A stretch of 64,000 nt of DNA from Polyangiales bacterium (lineage in GTDB: Bacteria > Myxococcota_A > Polyangia > Polyangiales > Ga0077539): positions 32,001-96,000 of the forward strand of contig JBGARZ010000008.1 of assembly GCA_044229975.1 (NCBI GenBank). The letters are read 5' to 3'. Below, in pieces: positions 31,184 through 41,442 of the stretch. The notes below the pieces were generated by a model. That model was given only the letters and a program-made list of their open reading frames with translations, was not told where the DNA came from and did not search any database. Within the stretch, counting starts at the first letter, position 1; each line of letters begins with the position of its first letter. Both the position numbers and the translations under genes were made by a program.

Positions 31184-32101
31184 ATGACCCTCGCGTCACC
31201 ATCGGTCACGGCGTCGTCCGACGGGCCCCTCGCCATGGTTGAGTCGTCTCGCCCAGCGGCCCTTCGCGACCTCGTCGCGCTCACCAAGCCCCGCCTCTCG
31301 TCCATGGTGCTCTTCACCACGGCCGCGGGTGCCTGGGTTGCGGGCGCGTCCATCACCTGGCCCATCACCATCGCGGCGCTGCTCGGCACCACCCTCGCCG
31401 TGGCCGGCGCGCAGTGCCTCAACTGCTACATCGAGCGCGACCTCGACGGGCTCATGCACCGCACCCGCAACCGGCCGCTCCCGGCAGGGCGCGTCGACCC
31501 GCGGCTCGCCCTCTCGCTCGGCGTCGCCTTCGCGGCGCTCTCCATCCCGGTGCTCTCGGTTGGTACCAACCCCCTCACGGCCATGCTCGGGCTGCTCGCC
31601 ATCGTGAGCTATGTGCTGGTCTACACGCCGATGAAGACCCGCAGCGCGTGGGCCGTCGCCGCGGGCGCAGTCCCCGGCGCGCTCCCGCCGCTCATGGGCT
31701 GGACGGCGGTCACCAACCGCATCGACCTGCCGGGGCTGGTGCTCTTCGGGATCATGTTCTTCTGGCAGTTGCCGCACTTCCTGGCGCTGTCCATCACGCT
31801 CAAGGACGACTACGCCCGCGCTGGGATGAAGACCGTCCCCGAGGTGATGGGCGACCGCCACGCGCGCGTGCAGTCCGCCGCCTTCACCGCCCTCCTGGTG
31901 CTGGTCTCGCTCGCGCTCGTCCCGCTGCACGTCGTGGGCACCGGCTACGCCATCGTCGCGAGCGTGCTCGGCGCGGCCTTCCTCGGCTGGAGCCTGCTCG
32001 GCCTCAAGCGCGACCCTGGCCCGAAGTGGGCGCGCGGCTCCTTCCTCCTCTCGCTCATCTATCTCACCGGGCTCTTTGGCGCGCTCAGCCTCCGCGGCTG
32101 A
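31184..32101 (+). CDS. cyoE: Protoheme IX farnesyltransferase (heme o synthase)
   Basis: LTKPR, NCYIERDLDGLMHRTRNRPLP, YTPMK, FFWQLPHF, DDYARAG. Confidence 0.93.
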   Translation: MTLASPSVTASSDGPLAMVESSRPAALRDLVALTKPRLSSMVLFTTAAGAWVAGASITWPITIAALLGTTLAVAGAQCLNCYIERDLDGLMHRTRNRPLPAGRVDPRLALSLGVAFAALSIPVLSVGTNPLTAMLGLLAIVSYVLVYTPMKTRSAWAVAAGAVPGALPPLMGWTAVTNRIDLPGLVLFGIMFFWQLPHFLALSITLKDDYARAGMKTVPEVMGDRHARVQSAAFTALLVLVSLALVPLHVVGTGYAIVASVLGAAFLGWSLLGLKRDPGPKWARGSFLLSLIYLTGLFGALSLRG

Positions 32102-32112
32102 GACCTCAGCGC

Positions 32113-32763
32113 ATGAGCGACGCGCCGCCCAACCGCCTCGTCGCCGCCCTTCGCCGCCGCCCCCTCGCGGCCACGCTCTGGTTCGTCCTTCTCATCGCCG
32201 CGCCGGTGGTGTTCTTCCTGCGACACCGGGCGCCGCCGCCGCCGTTGCCGGTGTTCGCGCAGCTCCCGACGTGGCAGCTCGCCGACCAGACCGGTCATCC
32301 CTACGGCAGCGCGCAGCTCCGCGGTCACGCCTGGGTGGCCAACTTCATGTTCACGTCGTGCCCCACCATCTGCCCGGTGCTCTCTCGGCACATGGCGCTG
32401 GTGCAACAGCGAACGAGCGATCTCGGCGACCGCCTGCACCTCGTGTCCATCTCGGTGGACCCCGTCGTCGACACCCCCGCGCGGCTCAACGAATACGGGC
32501 AACGGTATCGCTTCGACCCGCGGCGCTGGCACTTCGTGACGGGCGAGGCCGCCGAACTCCAGCGCATCGCCGCCGACGGGTTTCGCGTGGCGCTCGGGCA
32601 GACTCCCACGACGGCCGAAGGGCGGCCCGACAACTTCAACATCCTGCACAGCGCGCACATCGCCCTCGTCGACGGCGACGGGCGCATCCGTGGGCTGTAC
32701 CGCGCCGACAACGACGGCCTCGCCGAGCTCGACCGGGAAGCACACGCGCTCGTCGGGCGATGA
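32113..32763 (+). CDS. SCO1/SenC copper chaperone
   Basis: FTSCPTICP (CxxxC), SISVDP..DTP, HS..LVD. Confidence 0.9.
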   Translation: MSDAPPNRLVAALRRRPLAATLWFVLLIAAPVVFFLRHRAPPPPLPVFAQLPTWQLADQTGHPYGSAQLRGHAWVANFMFTSCPTICPVLSRHMALVQQRTSDLGDRLHLVSISVDPVVDTPARLNEYGQRYRFDPRRWHFVTGEAAELQRIAADGFRVALGQTPTTAEGRPDNFNILHSAHIALVDGDGRIRGLYRADNDGLAELDREAHALVGR

Positions 32764-32807
32764 AGATCCGAGGTCGCTGCGCCACGAGCACCACAGGCGA
32801 CTGACCC

Positions 32808-33506
32808 GTGCCTCCCGACCTCTCCGCCGACGGCCACCGCATCGACTCGCTCCTGCGCGTCACCCTCGCGCTCACCGGCGCCATCGGCGTCGCCTTCGTG
32901 CTCGCCCTCGCCGTCGTCGTCTGGCGCGCTCGTCGCCGCACCACGGACACCCCCGTCGGGTCGACTGCTCCCATCGCCCTCGGCCTCGCGCTGCTCGTCT
33001 TCGCCTGCGTCGACCTCACCCTCGCCTCGCGGTCGCGTCGTGACACCGCGGGCCCTCCGCCCGCCGATGCGTTGCGTGTCGAGGTGCTCGCCCAGCAGTG
33101 GGCGTGGCGCTTCCGCTACGCCGGTCCCGACGGCGTCTTCCACACCGATGACGACGTCACCACGCTCAACGACCTGCGGCTCCCGGTCGGGCGCGCCGTG
33201 TCCCTCCAGGTGCGCAGCCTCGACGTCGCCCATGGGCTCTTCCTGCCGACGCTCCGCGCCCGCGTCGACGCGTGGCCCGGCCGCACCGCCCGCGGGTGGT
33301 TTCGCCCCACCCGCGAAGGCGACACCGAGCTCGCCTGCGCCGCCCTCTGCGGAACCAACCACTACCAGATGCGCGCCCGCGTCTCCGTGCTCCCGGTAGA
33401 AGCGTATACCCGCTGGATGGACGGCCTCCTCGACGACCAGCGACGCCTCGACGCCGCCTCCGGCATCCCCCGCGTCGACCGCTGGGGATGGCCCTGGCAG
33501 CCGTAG
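32808..33506 (+). CDS. coxB: Cytochrome c oxidase subunit II (divergent)
   Basis: Two TM helices, QQWAWRFRY, SLDVAH, CuA motif CAALCGTNHYQM. Confidence 0.8.
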   Translation: MPPDLSADGHRIDSLLRVTLALTGAIGVAFVLALAVVVWRARRRTTDTPVGSTAPIALGLALLVFACVDLTLASRSRRDTAGPPPADALRVEVLAQQWAWRFRYAGPDGVFHTDDDVTTLNDLRLPVGRAVSLQVRSLDVAHGLFLPTLRARVDAWPGRTARGWFRPTREGDTELACAALCGTNHYQMRARVSVLPVEAYTRWMDGLLDDQRRLDAASGIPRVDRWGWPWQP

Positions 33507-33513
33507 GTCTTCG

Positions 33514-34983
33514 ATGCACCCCGACGACCGACGAACGGCCCGGTGGACGCTCAGCCTCGCGGCGGTGGGGCTCGCGTTCGGTGGGGTTCTCTCACTCCTC
33601 ATCCGATGGCAGCTCGCGTTTCCGGGGACGGCGGTTCCGTTGTTGGGTGGGGCGCTCTTCGGTGACCACCACGGAGTAGTCACCCCGCATGGCTACCCCG
33701 CGCTCTTCACCCTCCACGGCACGGTGATGATCTTCTTCGCCGTCACCCCCGCCCTCTCCGCCCTCTCCCTCGCCCGCCTGCCTCCCCTCGTTGGCCTCGA
33801 TCGCCCGGTGTTTCCGCGGCTCCAGCGTGTCGCCCTCGCCCTCTTCGCCGTCGGCCTCGTGCTCCTCGTGGCGGGTCTGCACGGCCGCTCGGGCGGCCCC
33901 GGCTTCGGCTGGTCGGCCATCGCGCCATTGAGCACAAGTCGCAGCCCTGGCATGGGCGCAACGCTCTGGCTCATCGCGGTGGCGTGCTCGGCATTGGCCA
34001 CATTGCTGGGCTCATTCGACATCATCGCGACGGTGGTGTCGGCGAGGAAGGTGCGGTGGGCAGAGGTCCCGGTGTCGGCGTGGGGGCACCTCTTCGCGGC
34101 GACCCTCAACGCGCTCTTCCTCCCGGTGCTGCTCGGCGCGCTCGCGCTGCTCTTCTCCGACCGCCACCTCGGAACCGCCCTCTTCACCGCCCCTGCGCGC
34201 CACGGCGGCGACCCCCTCGTCTACCAGCACCTCTTCTGGATCTTCGGACACCCCGAGGTCTACATCCTCATCCTGCCCGTGTGGGGCGCGCTCACCGACG
34301 CGCTCGCTCGCGCCGCCGATCGCCCGCCCGCGCTGCGCCGCGCGGTGATCGTCGCCATGGGCGCGGTCACGCTGCTGAGCGGTCTCGTCTACGGGCACCA
34401 CCTGCTCACGGCGGGGCTGTCGCCGCTGCTGGCGCGCGGGTTCATGACGCTGACGCTGCTCATCTCACTACCATCGACGGCCTTCCTCGCGTCGTGGCTG
34501 GCGACGCTCCACGGCGCGGCGTTGAAGGCCGACGCGGCGGCCTCATACAGCCTCGCGGCGGTGGTGGTCTTCGTGCTCGGCGGGCTCACCGGAATCCCGC
34601 TGGCGCTCTTGAGCACCGACCGCTACCTGCACGACTCGGCCTTCGTGGTGGGGCATTTCCATCTCGTGATGGGCGCCACGTTGTTGCTTGGGTTGTTTGC
34701 GATGCTGCAAGAGGGAGCGGCGCGTCTCGGGATGCGCGCGGTGTCCGTGCGGGTCGCGCGCTGGCACGCGGCGGCGACGGCGCTGGGGGCGCTGGGGGTG
34801 TTTGTTCCGATGCTGCGGTTGGGGATCGGTGGGATGCCGAGGCGGCTGTATGACCCGACGGTGTATCGCTACCTGAGCCCGCTGGGGGACTGGCAGCGCG
34901 CCGCGACGGTCGCCGCGGGAGCGCTCGCGCTGGCGCAGGTGGCGTGGCTGGTGGCGTGGTGGCGTGGTGGCGAGAAGAAGTAG
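33514..34983 (+). CDS. coxA: Heme-copper oxidase subunit I (divergent A-family-like)
   Basis: All six His ligands: TLHGTVMIFF, FGHPEVY, GHH, GHFH; GMPRR retained. Confidence 0.85.
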   Translation: MHPDDRRTARWTLSLAAVGLAFGGVLSLLIRWQLAFPGTAVPLLGGALFGDHHGVVTPHGYPALFTLHGTVMIFFAVTPALSALSLARLPPLVGLDRPVFPRLQRVALALFAVGLVLLVAGLHGRSGGPGFGWSAIAPLSTSRSPGMGATLWLIAVACSALATLLGSFDIIATVVSARKVRWAEVPVSAWGHLFAATLNALFLPVLLGALALLFSDRHLGTALFTAPARHGGDPLVYQHLFWIFGHPEVYILILPVWGALTDALARAADRPPALRRAVIVAMGAVTLLSGLVYGHHLLTAGLSPLLARGFMTLTLLISLPSTAFLASWLATLHGAALKADAAASYSLAAVVVFVLGGLTGIPLALLSTDRYLHDSAFVVGHFHLVMGATLLLGLFAMLQEGAARLGMRAVSVRVARWHAAATALGALGVFVPMLRLGIGGMPRRLYDPTVYRYLSPLGDWQRAATVAAGALALAQVAWLVAWWRGGEKK

Positions 34984-35015
34984 GTGGGCCGTCGTCGCTC
35001 ACGCGTGCCGCGCGT

Positions 35016-35381
35016 TCACAGCGGCGTGAGGTCGATGGTCACGGCCTGTCCCCGCACGTGGCACTCGTCGCCCGTCACCACGATGGTTCGCGGCGCCGAG
35101 GGCTGATACCCCTGCGCCGTCACGGTGAGGATGTACGTTCCCTCCCGCTCGCCCGCCCCCGCGTACGAGCCCGGAACGCCGAAGGTCATCATCGTCTCGC
35201 GGTACGCGCCGTCGACCAGCACCAGCGTCGCGTTGCTGACCGGGGCGCCGGTTCGCGTATCGCGGACGGTGGCGCTCACCCCAAAGGCGTAGTTCGTGGT
35301 GCAGGGCGTCCCGCCAAGACAGGCGGGAAGGGTGAGTGCGCCGACAGTGAGCAGCGCGGCGCAGAGAAGCAGGTGTCGCAT
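35016..35381 (-). CDS. Small lipoprotein with carboxypeptidase-regulatory-like domain
   Basis: LPAC lipobox-like motif; VRDTRTGAPV..GTYILTVTAQGY pattern. Confidence 0.7.
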   Translation of the reverse strand: MRHLLLCAALLTVGALTLPACLGGTPCTTNYAFGVSATVRDTRTGAPVSNATLVLVDGAYRETMMTFGVPGSYAGAGEREGTYILTVTAQGYQPSAPRTIVVTGDECHVRGQAVTIDLTPL

Positions 35382-35425
35382 CGGTGTCTCCTGTCGAGAC
35401 TCTCTGCAGACGGCGTACCGCGTGC

Positions 35426-36751
<1,326 letters not shown>

Positions 36752-36756
36752 GGCGC

Positions 36757-38019
36757 TCAACCCTCCTCCGCGGCGAGGGTGAGGCGCGCACGCGTCCCCT
36801 TCCCCGGTGCGCTCTCGAAGACCAGTGCGCCGCCGTGCTCCTCGGCCACCCGGCGCGCCAGCCTCACGCCGAGGCCCGTTCCGCCTTCGCGCGTCGTGAA
36901 GAACGCCTCGCCCACCCTCGTCGCCACCGCCTCGCTCATGCCGCGACCCGTGTCCTCTACCGTCACTGCCACTGCTCCATCGATGCGCTCCCACGACACG
37001 CGCACCGTGCCTCCGCGCGCGGTCGCTTCGAGGGCGTTGAGCACCAGGTTGAGCACGGCCTCCTTCACGCGACGCGCGTCGACCCGCGCCACCAGCGATG
37101 CACCCGCGAGGTCGAGGCTCACGCCCGCCCGCTCGGCGCGGTGACCCAACAGCCCCTCGAACGATCGCAGCGTATCGGCCACGTCCACCAACTCGCGCGT
37201 GAGCTCGCCCAGCGGTCGCGAGAACGAGAGGTAGTCCTGGAGGATGCGCTCGATGCGCGCGACCTCGCCGCTCATCACCTCCAGCTTCTTGCGGTCGTCG
37301 GGGCGCTCGGCGCTCTCGGCCAGCAGGTCGGAGAGACCCTTGATGGCCGTGAGCGGGTTCTTGATCTCGTGGGCCACCTGCGCGCCCATGGCCTCCATCG
37401 CGTGGTGCCTCGCTTCGGCGCCCGCGAGGAGCTCTTCGCCGGCGCCCGCGAGCGCGTCGCCCGCGTGGGCGTAGGCGTCCGAGAGGCTCGTCACGCCGAC
37501 CCAGAGGAGCGCGAGCGCGGTGAGCGTCGCCACCGCGGACATCGCCCGCGCCGTCGACGAGGCCAGCGGCGGAAAGGGGAAACCCGATGGGACCAACGTC
37601 AACACGACGAGCACGACGACGAGCGCGATGAGCAACGCGCGGCCCGATGGGGCGCGACCGAAGGCGGCGAAGCCCACCACCGTCGGCGCGAAGAGCAGCG
37701 GGAGCAGCGGGCTGGTGAGGCCGCCGGTGCCGAGGGTCCCCATGGTGATGCCGAGGAGGGTGACGAAGAGCGAGAGCAGAAACGCGCGCTCGGTGACCAG
37801 CGAACGACGACCGCGCCACGCCTCCCAGGCGAAGAAGCAGAGCAGCACCGAGAAGCCGGCGAGCACGACGCCGACCTGACGCTGTGGTGCATCGCTCGCC
37901 GAGAGCAGCGCGGACTGGAGGAGGATCGCGGGCGCGACGATCCACGGGCGGCGACGGAGGAAGGCCGTCGCGACGGCGCGGAGCTGCGCGGGCCGGAGCG
38001 GGGTGGACGGCGCAGACAT
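36757..38019 (-). CDS. Membrane sensor histidine kinase
   Basis: Multiple TM helices; H-box AHEIKNPL, N-box NLVLNALEA, DTGRG, FFTTREGGTGLG. Confidence 0.93.
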   Translation of the reverse strand: MSAPSTPLRPAQLRAVATAFLRRRPWIVAPAILLQSALLSASDAPQRQVGVVLAGFSVLLCFFAWEAWRGRRSLVTERAFLLSLFVTLLGITMGTLGTGGLTSPLLPLLFAPTVVGFAAFGRAPSGRALLIALVVVLVVLTLVPSGFPFPPLASSTARAMSAVATLTALALLWVGVTSLSDAYAHAGDALAGAGEELLAGAEARHHAMEAMGAQVAHEIKNPLTAIKGLSDLLAESAERPDDRKKLEVMSGEVARIERILQDYLSFSRPLGELTRELVDVADTLRSFEGLLGHRAERAGVSLDLAGASLVARVDARRVKEAVLNLVLNALEATARGGTVRVSWERIDGAVAVTVEDTGRGMSEAVATRVGEAFFTTREGGTGLGVRLARRVAEEHGGALVFESAPGKGTRARLTLAAEEG

Positions 38020-38103
38020 CGGGCGACTCTATCGCAAGCGACGAGCCGCTCTCGCCAACGCCCCCCAGTGCGTCCTTACCCGGAGGGACGCGTTGGGGTG
38101 GCC

Positions 38104-38205
38104 CTGGATGTCCAGAAGACCGTCAGCGCCTGTAAGGCACTCCGTACAGCGCCGCTCGAATCCTGCTGCCAACCAGGCCGTTCGTGCACATGGCACGCGC
38201 CGTGG
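38104..38205 (+). promoter_or_regulatory. Candidate enhancer palindromes and imperfect sigma-54 promoter
   Basis: CTGGA-TG-TCCAG (38104-38115), CTGTA-N10-TACAG (38130-38149) and TGGCACGCGCCGTGG (38191-38205; -24 element good, -12 GG instead of GC), divergent from a sigma-54 two-component system. Confidence 0.35.
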
Positions 38206-38218
38206 AGACACCGCCGCC

Positions 38219-38866
38219 ATGTCCACCACCATCATCGCCTCGCCATCGCCTGCTCCCCCCTCGCGCCACGTCTGGTCGGCGCTCGCGCTCTGGGCCGCTG
38301 CCGCCGTCTCCTTCGCCGCATCGGGCCTGCTCAGCGTTCTGCCGCGACCGGCCATCCCGCTGCTGATCTGGAGCCCGGTGGTGACCTTCGTGGTGGCCTA
38401 CTGGCAGAGCCCCACGCTCCGTGCCTTCGTGGCCAACGTCGACCTCCGCATCCCGGTGCTCTACCACCTCGTGCGCGTGCTCTTCGGCGCGCTCTTCTTG
38501 ATGGAGATGAACGCCGGCAACCTCCCCGCCGCCTTCGCGAAGATCGCAGGCCCCGGGGACATCGCCGCCGGGCTCCTCGCCCTGCCCGCCGCGCACCTCG
38601 CCACGCGCTCCGACAAGACCTCCCGCACGCTCCTCCTCGCCTGGAACGTCCTCGGCCTGCTCGACATCCTCGCCGTCTTCTTCACCGCTCAGCGGCTGCT
38701 CCTCGTCGTGCGCGACGAGCGCTTCTTCCAGACCTTCCAGCGCATGCCGTACGCCGCGCTCCCGCTGCTCGTGGTGCCGCTCATCCTCGTCACGCACCTC
38801 GTCGTCTTCCTCCGCCTGCGCGCCAACGCTGGTAACCTCCCGCGCCATGAAGAGCGCGAAGTGTGA
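38219..38866 (+). CDS. Hypothetical integral membrane protein
   Basis: About six hydrophobic segments; GDIAAG, WNVLGLLD motifs; GGAG upstream of ATG. Confidence 0.75.
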   Translation: MSTTIIASPSPAPPSRHVWSALALWAAAAVSFAASGLLSVLPRPAIPLLIWSPVVTFVVAYWQSPTLRAFVANVDLRIPVLYHLVRVLFGALFLMEMNAGNLPAAFAKIAGPGDIAAGLLALPAAHLATRSDKTSRTLLLAWNVLGLLDILAVFFTAQRLLLVVRDERFFQTFQRMPYAALPLLVVPLILVTHLVVFLRLRANAGNLPRHEEREV

Positions 38867-39110
38867 GAACTGCGGCGCGGGCGTCTCCCCCGGCGCAGTG
38901 AGCTGCCCCTACTGCGGAACGACCTTCGTGGCGGCGGCGCCCGGCGCGCCGAGCGCCCCGTCGGGCGCCAACCCCGAGGTGGTGCGGCTCATCCGCACGG
39001 GCGACAAGATCGGCGCCATCAAGGTCTATCGCGAAGCGACGAAGTGCGGCCTGCGCGAGGCGAAGGACGCCGTCGAGGCCATCGAGCGCACGCTCAGCGG
39101 CGGACGCTGA
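38847..39110 (+). CDS. Zinc-ribbon plus ribosomal L7/L12 C-terminal-like domain protein
   Basis: CENCG..CPYCG then KIGAIKVYREATKCGLREAKDAVE. Confidence 0.75.
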   Translation: MKSAKCENCGAGVSPGAVSCPYCGTTFVAAAPGAPSAPSGANPEVVRLIRTGDKIGAIKVYREATKCGLREAKDAVEAIERTLSGGR

Positions 39111-39116
39111 CCGACC

Positions 39117-39992
39117 TCACCAGCGCAGCGTGCGTAGCGTCGTCGCAGCGAGCAGCCCGACGCCCCCGAGCACCACGCCCGACGCCGCCATACGGAGCCA
39201 CAGCGCGTTGGTCACCTGGCCTACCTCCAGCGGCGTCGCGGTGATCGCCTGCTCGACCTCGCCCTCCCGGTAGCGGCCCGCGTCCTTCGTCGCGTGCCTC
39301 ACCACGACCACCCCGTCGTTCGACATGCCCGCCAGCCGCAGCCACGACCGCGCGGGGACGGCGCCCGTCCAACGCTCGATAGGCTCGACGCGCGCTCCCT
39401 CTGTGGCGAGCAGCCGGCGCCAGCGCCACAGCCACCGTGCGCTCGACAGCAACGCTGCCAGCGCACCAACCGCAGCGACGGCTGTCAGCGCCAGCATCGT
39501 CGGCCCCAGCACCACGCTCGCGGCCTGCCCGTAGAACCGCCCCGAGGTGCGCGCGTTGTCGACGCGCAGGAGGGTCTCGCACAGCGCCGCGAAGGCCGAC
39601 GCCGCCGCGCCGAGCGTCACCCGATCGCGCGCGTCGTCGGAGTCGTGGGGGACACCTCGGTGCAACGCGAAGGTGAGCGGCGCCAGCAGCGCGGCGTGGA
39701 GCACCGGCTCGATCACGCGGTCGATGCTCACGAAGGTGCGGCCACCCTCATGCGAGAGCCACGCCATGGAGTCCGGTGCCGCGAGATGGCGGACGGCGAC
39801 GAAGCCCACGATGGTCACGACGAAGGCCGCCTCGGCGCGCTCGGCATACGAGGCCGCCGCGACGAGCAACGCCGAGAGCAGCGCCAGCAGCGCCACCCGA
39901 TGGTCGCCGTCGACCTGCCCGGCGAGCACCGGCGCGAACACCACCACCACGGCGACCACCCGCGCGACCCAGCGCAGCGTCGACCCTCTCAC
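39117..39992 (-). CDS. Hypothetical membrane protein
   Basis: Several TM segments; GTG start overlaps the upstream stop. Confidence 0.55.
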   Translation of the reverse strand: MRGSTLRWVARVVAVVVVFAPVLAGQVDGDHRVALLALLSALLVAAASYAERAEAAFVVTIVGFVAVRHLAAPDSMAWLSHEGGRTFVSIDRVIEPVLHAALLAPLTFALHRGVPHDSDDARDRVTLGAAASAFAALCETLLRVDNARTSGRFYGQAASVVLGPTMLALTAVAAVGALAALLSSARWLWRWRRLLATEGARVEPIERWTGAVPARSWLRLAGMSNDGVVVVRHATKDAGRYREGEVEQAITATPLEVGQVTNALWLRMAASGVVLGGVGLLAATTLRTLRW

Positions 39993-40594
39993 GGCGCGAA
40001 CCACCCCGCAGGAACGGTCCCCTGCAAGCAGCTGATGGTGCGCGGCGCCCACGGCGTCGACCACCTCGCGCGGCGCGGGGCGTCGGCCGTCCCTTCGATG
40101 ATCCCCTCGTCGGCGGACCAGTCGGCGCGCACCCCCGGCGCGACGCCGTGCAGCCCGCTCTGGTGGTACGCGACGATGTACGTGTGACCCGCGACGCGCG
40201 CGCCGAGGAAGTCCGAGAGGCGCTCGGCGAAGTCGATGCCGACGCGAGCGCCGACGGTGTGGCAGGTGCGAAACCACACGAGCGCGTCGGGGGCGAGACG
40301 CTCTCGCAGCGCCTCCATCTTCGCGCGCTGACGGTGCCCCGCGGTGAGCGCCGACGCATCCAACGGAACGCCATCGATGAGGGCGCTGCCCCAGGTTCCG
40401 TGTCCCCAGTATTGGATCTCGCGGATGGGCTCTGGCTGTGATGCAAGCCAGGTGAGGGCTTCGTCCCAGCTCTCGGCGCCGAGGGTGGCGTCGATGCGAT
40501 CGAGCGCGCGGTAGAGGCCGCCGCCGACGCGCCACACCGGGGAGAGGCCGCGACCCTTGGTCACGCAGGTTCGGTCGTAGACGAGCACGCGCAT
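39989..40594 (-). CDS. Hypothetical protein, DUF4347-like (GHG..C pattern)
   Basis: MRVLVYD..IQYWGHG..VWFRTC..GARVAGHT. Confidence 0.6.
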   Translation of the reverse strand: MRVLVYDRTCVTKGRGLSPVWRVGGGLYRALDRIDATLGAESWDEALTWLASQPEPIREIQYWGHGTWGSALIDGVPLDASALTAGHRQRAKMEALRERLAPDALVWFRTCHTVGARVGIDFAERLSDFLGARVAGHTYIVAYHQSGLHGVAPGVRADWSADEGIIEGTADAPRRARWSTPWAPRTISCLQGTVPAGWFAP

Positions 40595-40638
40595 GGCACC
40601 GCGATGGTGGGTGGAGCGACGACGCAGGGCAAGCGCCT

Positions 40639-41349
40639 CTACGGCTGGACGGGCAGGCGCGGCAGCGAGCGGTCGATGCTGATGTCGAGCGGAAAGCCGA
40701 CGCCCACGCGGAGATACGGGCCGTGCTGCCCGTAGGCGTACTCCCACCCGGCGTCGACGTTGAACGACAACCCCACCGGGATGACTGCCCGCGCGAAGAC
40801 GCCCGCCGCGGCGCCCCCGCCGAGCTGCAACGGAGAGAGCTCGGACTGCGGACGCCCGCGCGAGTCGAGCCCGTCGGGCACCCAGCGCCCTTCGCCGCCG
40901 ATGATCCCCTCCACCAGCGCCCCCACCGAGAACGCCTCGCGAAACGCCCGCCCGTCGTACTCCCTCACGTGGAAGTGGTTCCCGCAGGGGTCGCGCCGCA
41001 GGTGAGGGTCGTTGGGGTCGAAGGGCCGATCGCTGTTGACCCAGTGGTTGTTGACCTCGAAGACCCGCCACAGGTGCAGCCGTAGCTGCAACGCTCCCTC
41101 GAACCGCCCCTCGTCGTCGCGCCCTCGCATGAGCCGTGGCGACACCGCCGCGGTCACCGACTGTCGCCGCGCACCACCCGGTCCCATCTCCACCGAGGGC
41201 AGTCCCATCTCGACCCAGTGTCCGCCGCCGCGCACCGCCCAGTTCATGCGCGCAGGCTCGATGCGGGTCTGCGCCATGCAGCCCGCGACGCTGGCCAGCG
41301 CGATCGTGAGGAGCAGTGGTGGGGTTGGGGTGGGTCGCCGCCGACGCAT
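40639..41349 (-). CDS. Hypothetical lipoprotein / outer-membrane protein
   Basis: VAGC lipobox-like motif; C-terminal amphipathic beta-like segments. Confidence 0.55.
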   Translation of the reverse strand: MRRRRPTPTPPLLLTIALASVAGCMAQTRIEPARMNWAVRGGGHWVEMGLPSVEMGPGGARRQSVTAAVSPRLMRGRDDEGRFEGALQLRLHLWRVFEVNNHWVNSDRPFDPNDPHLRRDPCGNHFHVREYDGRAFREAFSVGALVEGIIGGEGRWVPDGLDSRGRPQSELSPLQLGGGAAAGVFARAVIPVGLSFNVDAGWEYAYGQHGPYLRVGVGFPLDISIDRSLPRLPVQP

Positions 41350-41442
41350 CACCCTTCGTCTACGCGCGAGCTCGCCCGAACCTTCCCGCGCGACGAAGGC
41401 AATGCTTGAACGCCCGGCGCAGCCACCGTAGACGATGAAGGG

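Noticed and set aside
38847..39110. Ribosomal protein gene rplL
   Set aside because: Lacks the N-terminal dimerisation domain and the rplJ/rpoB context.
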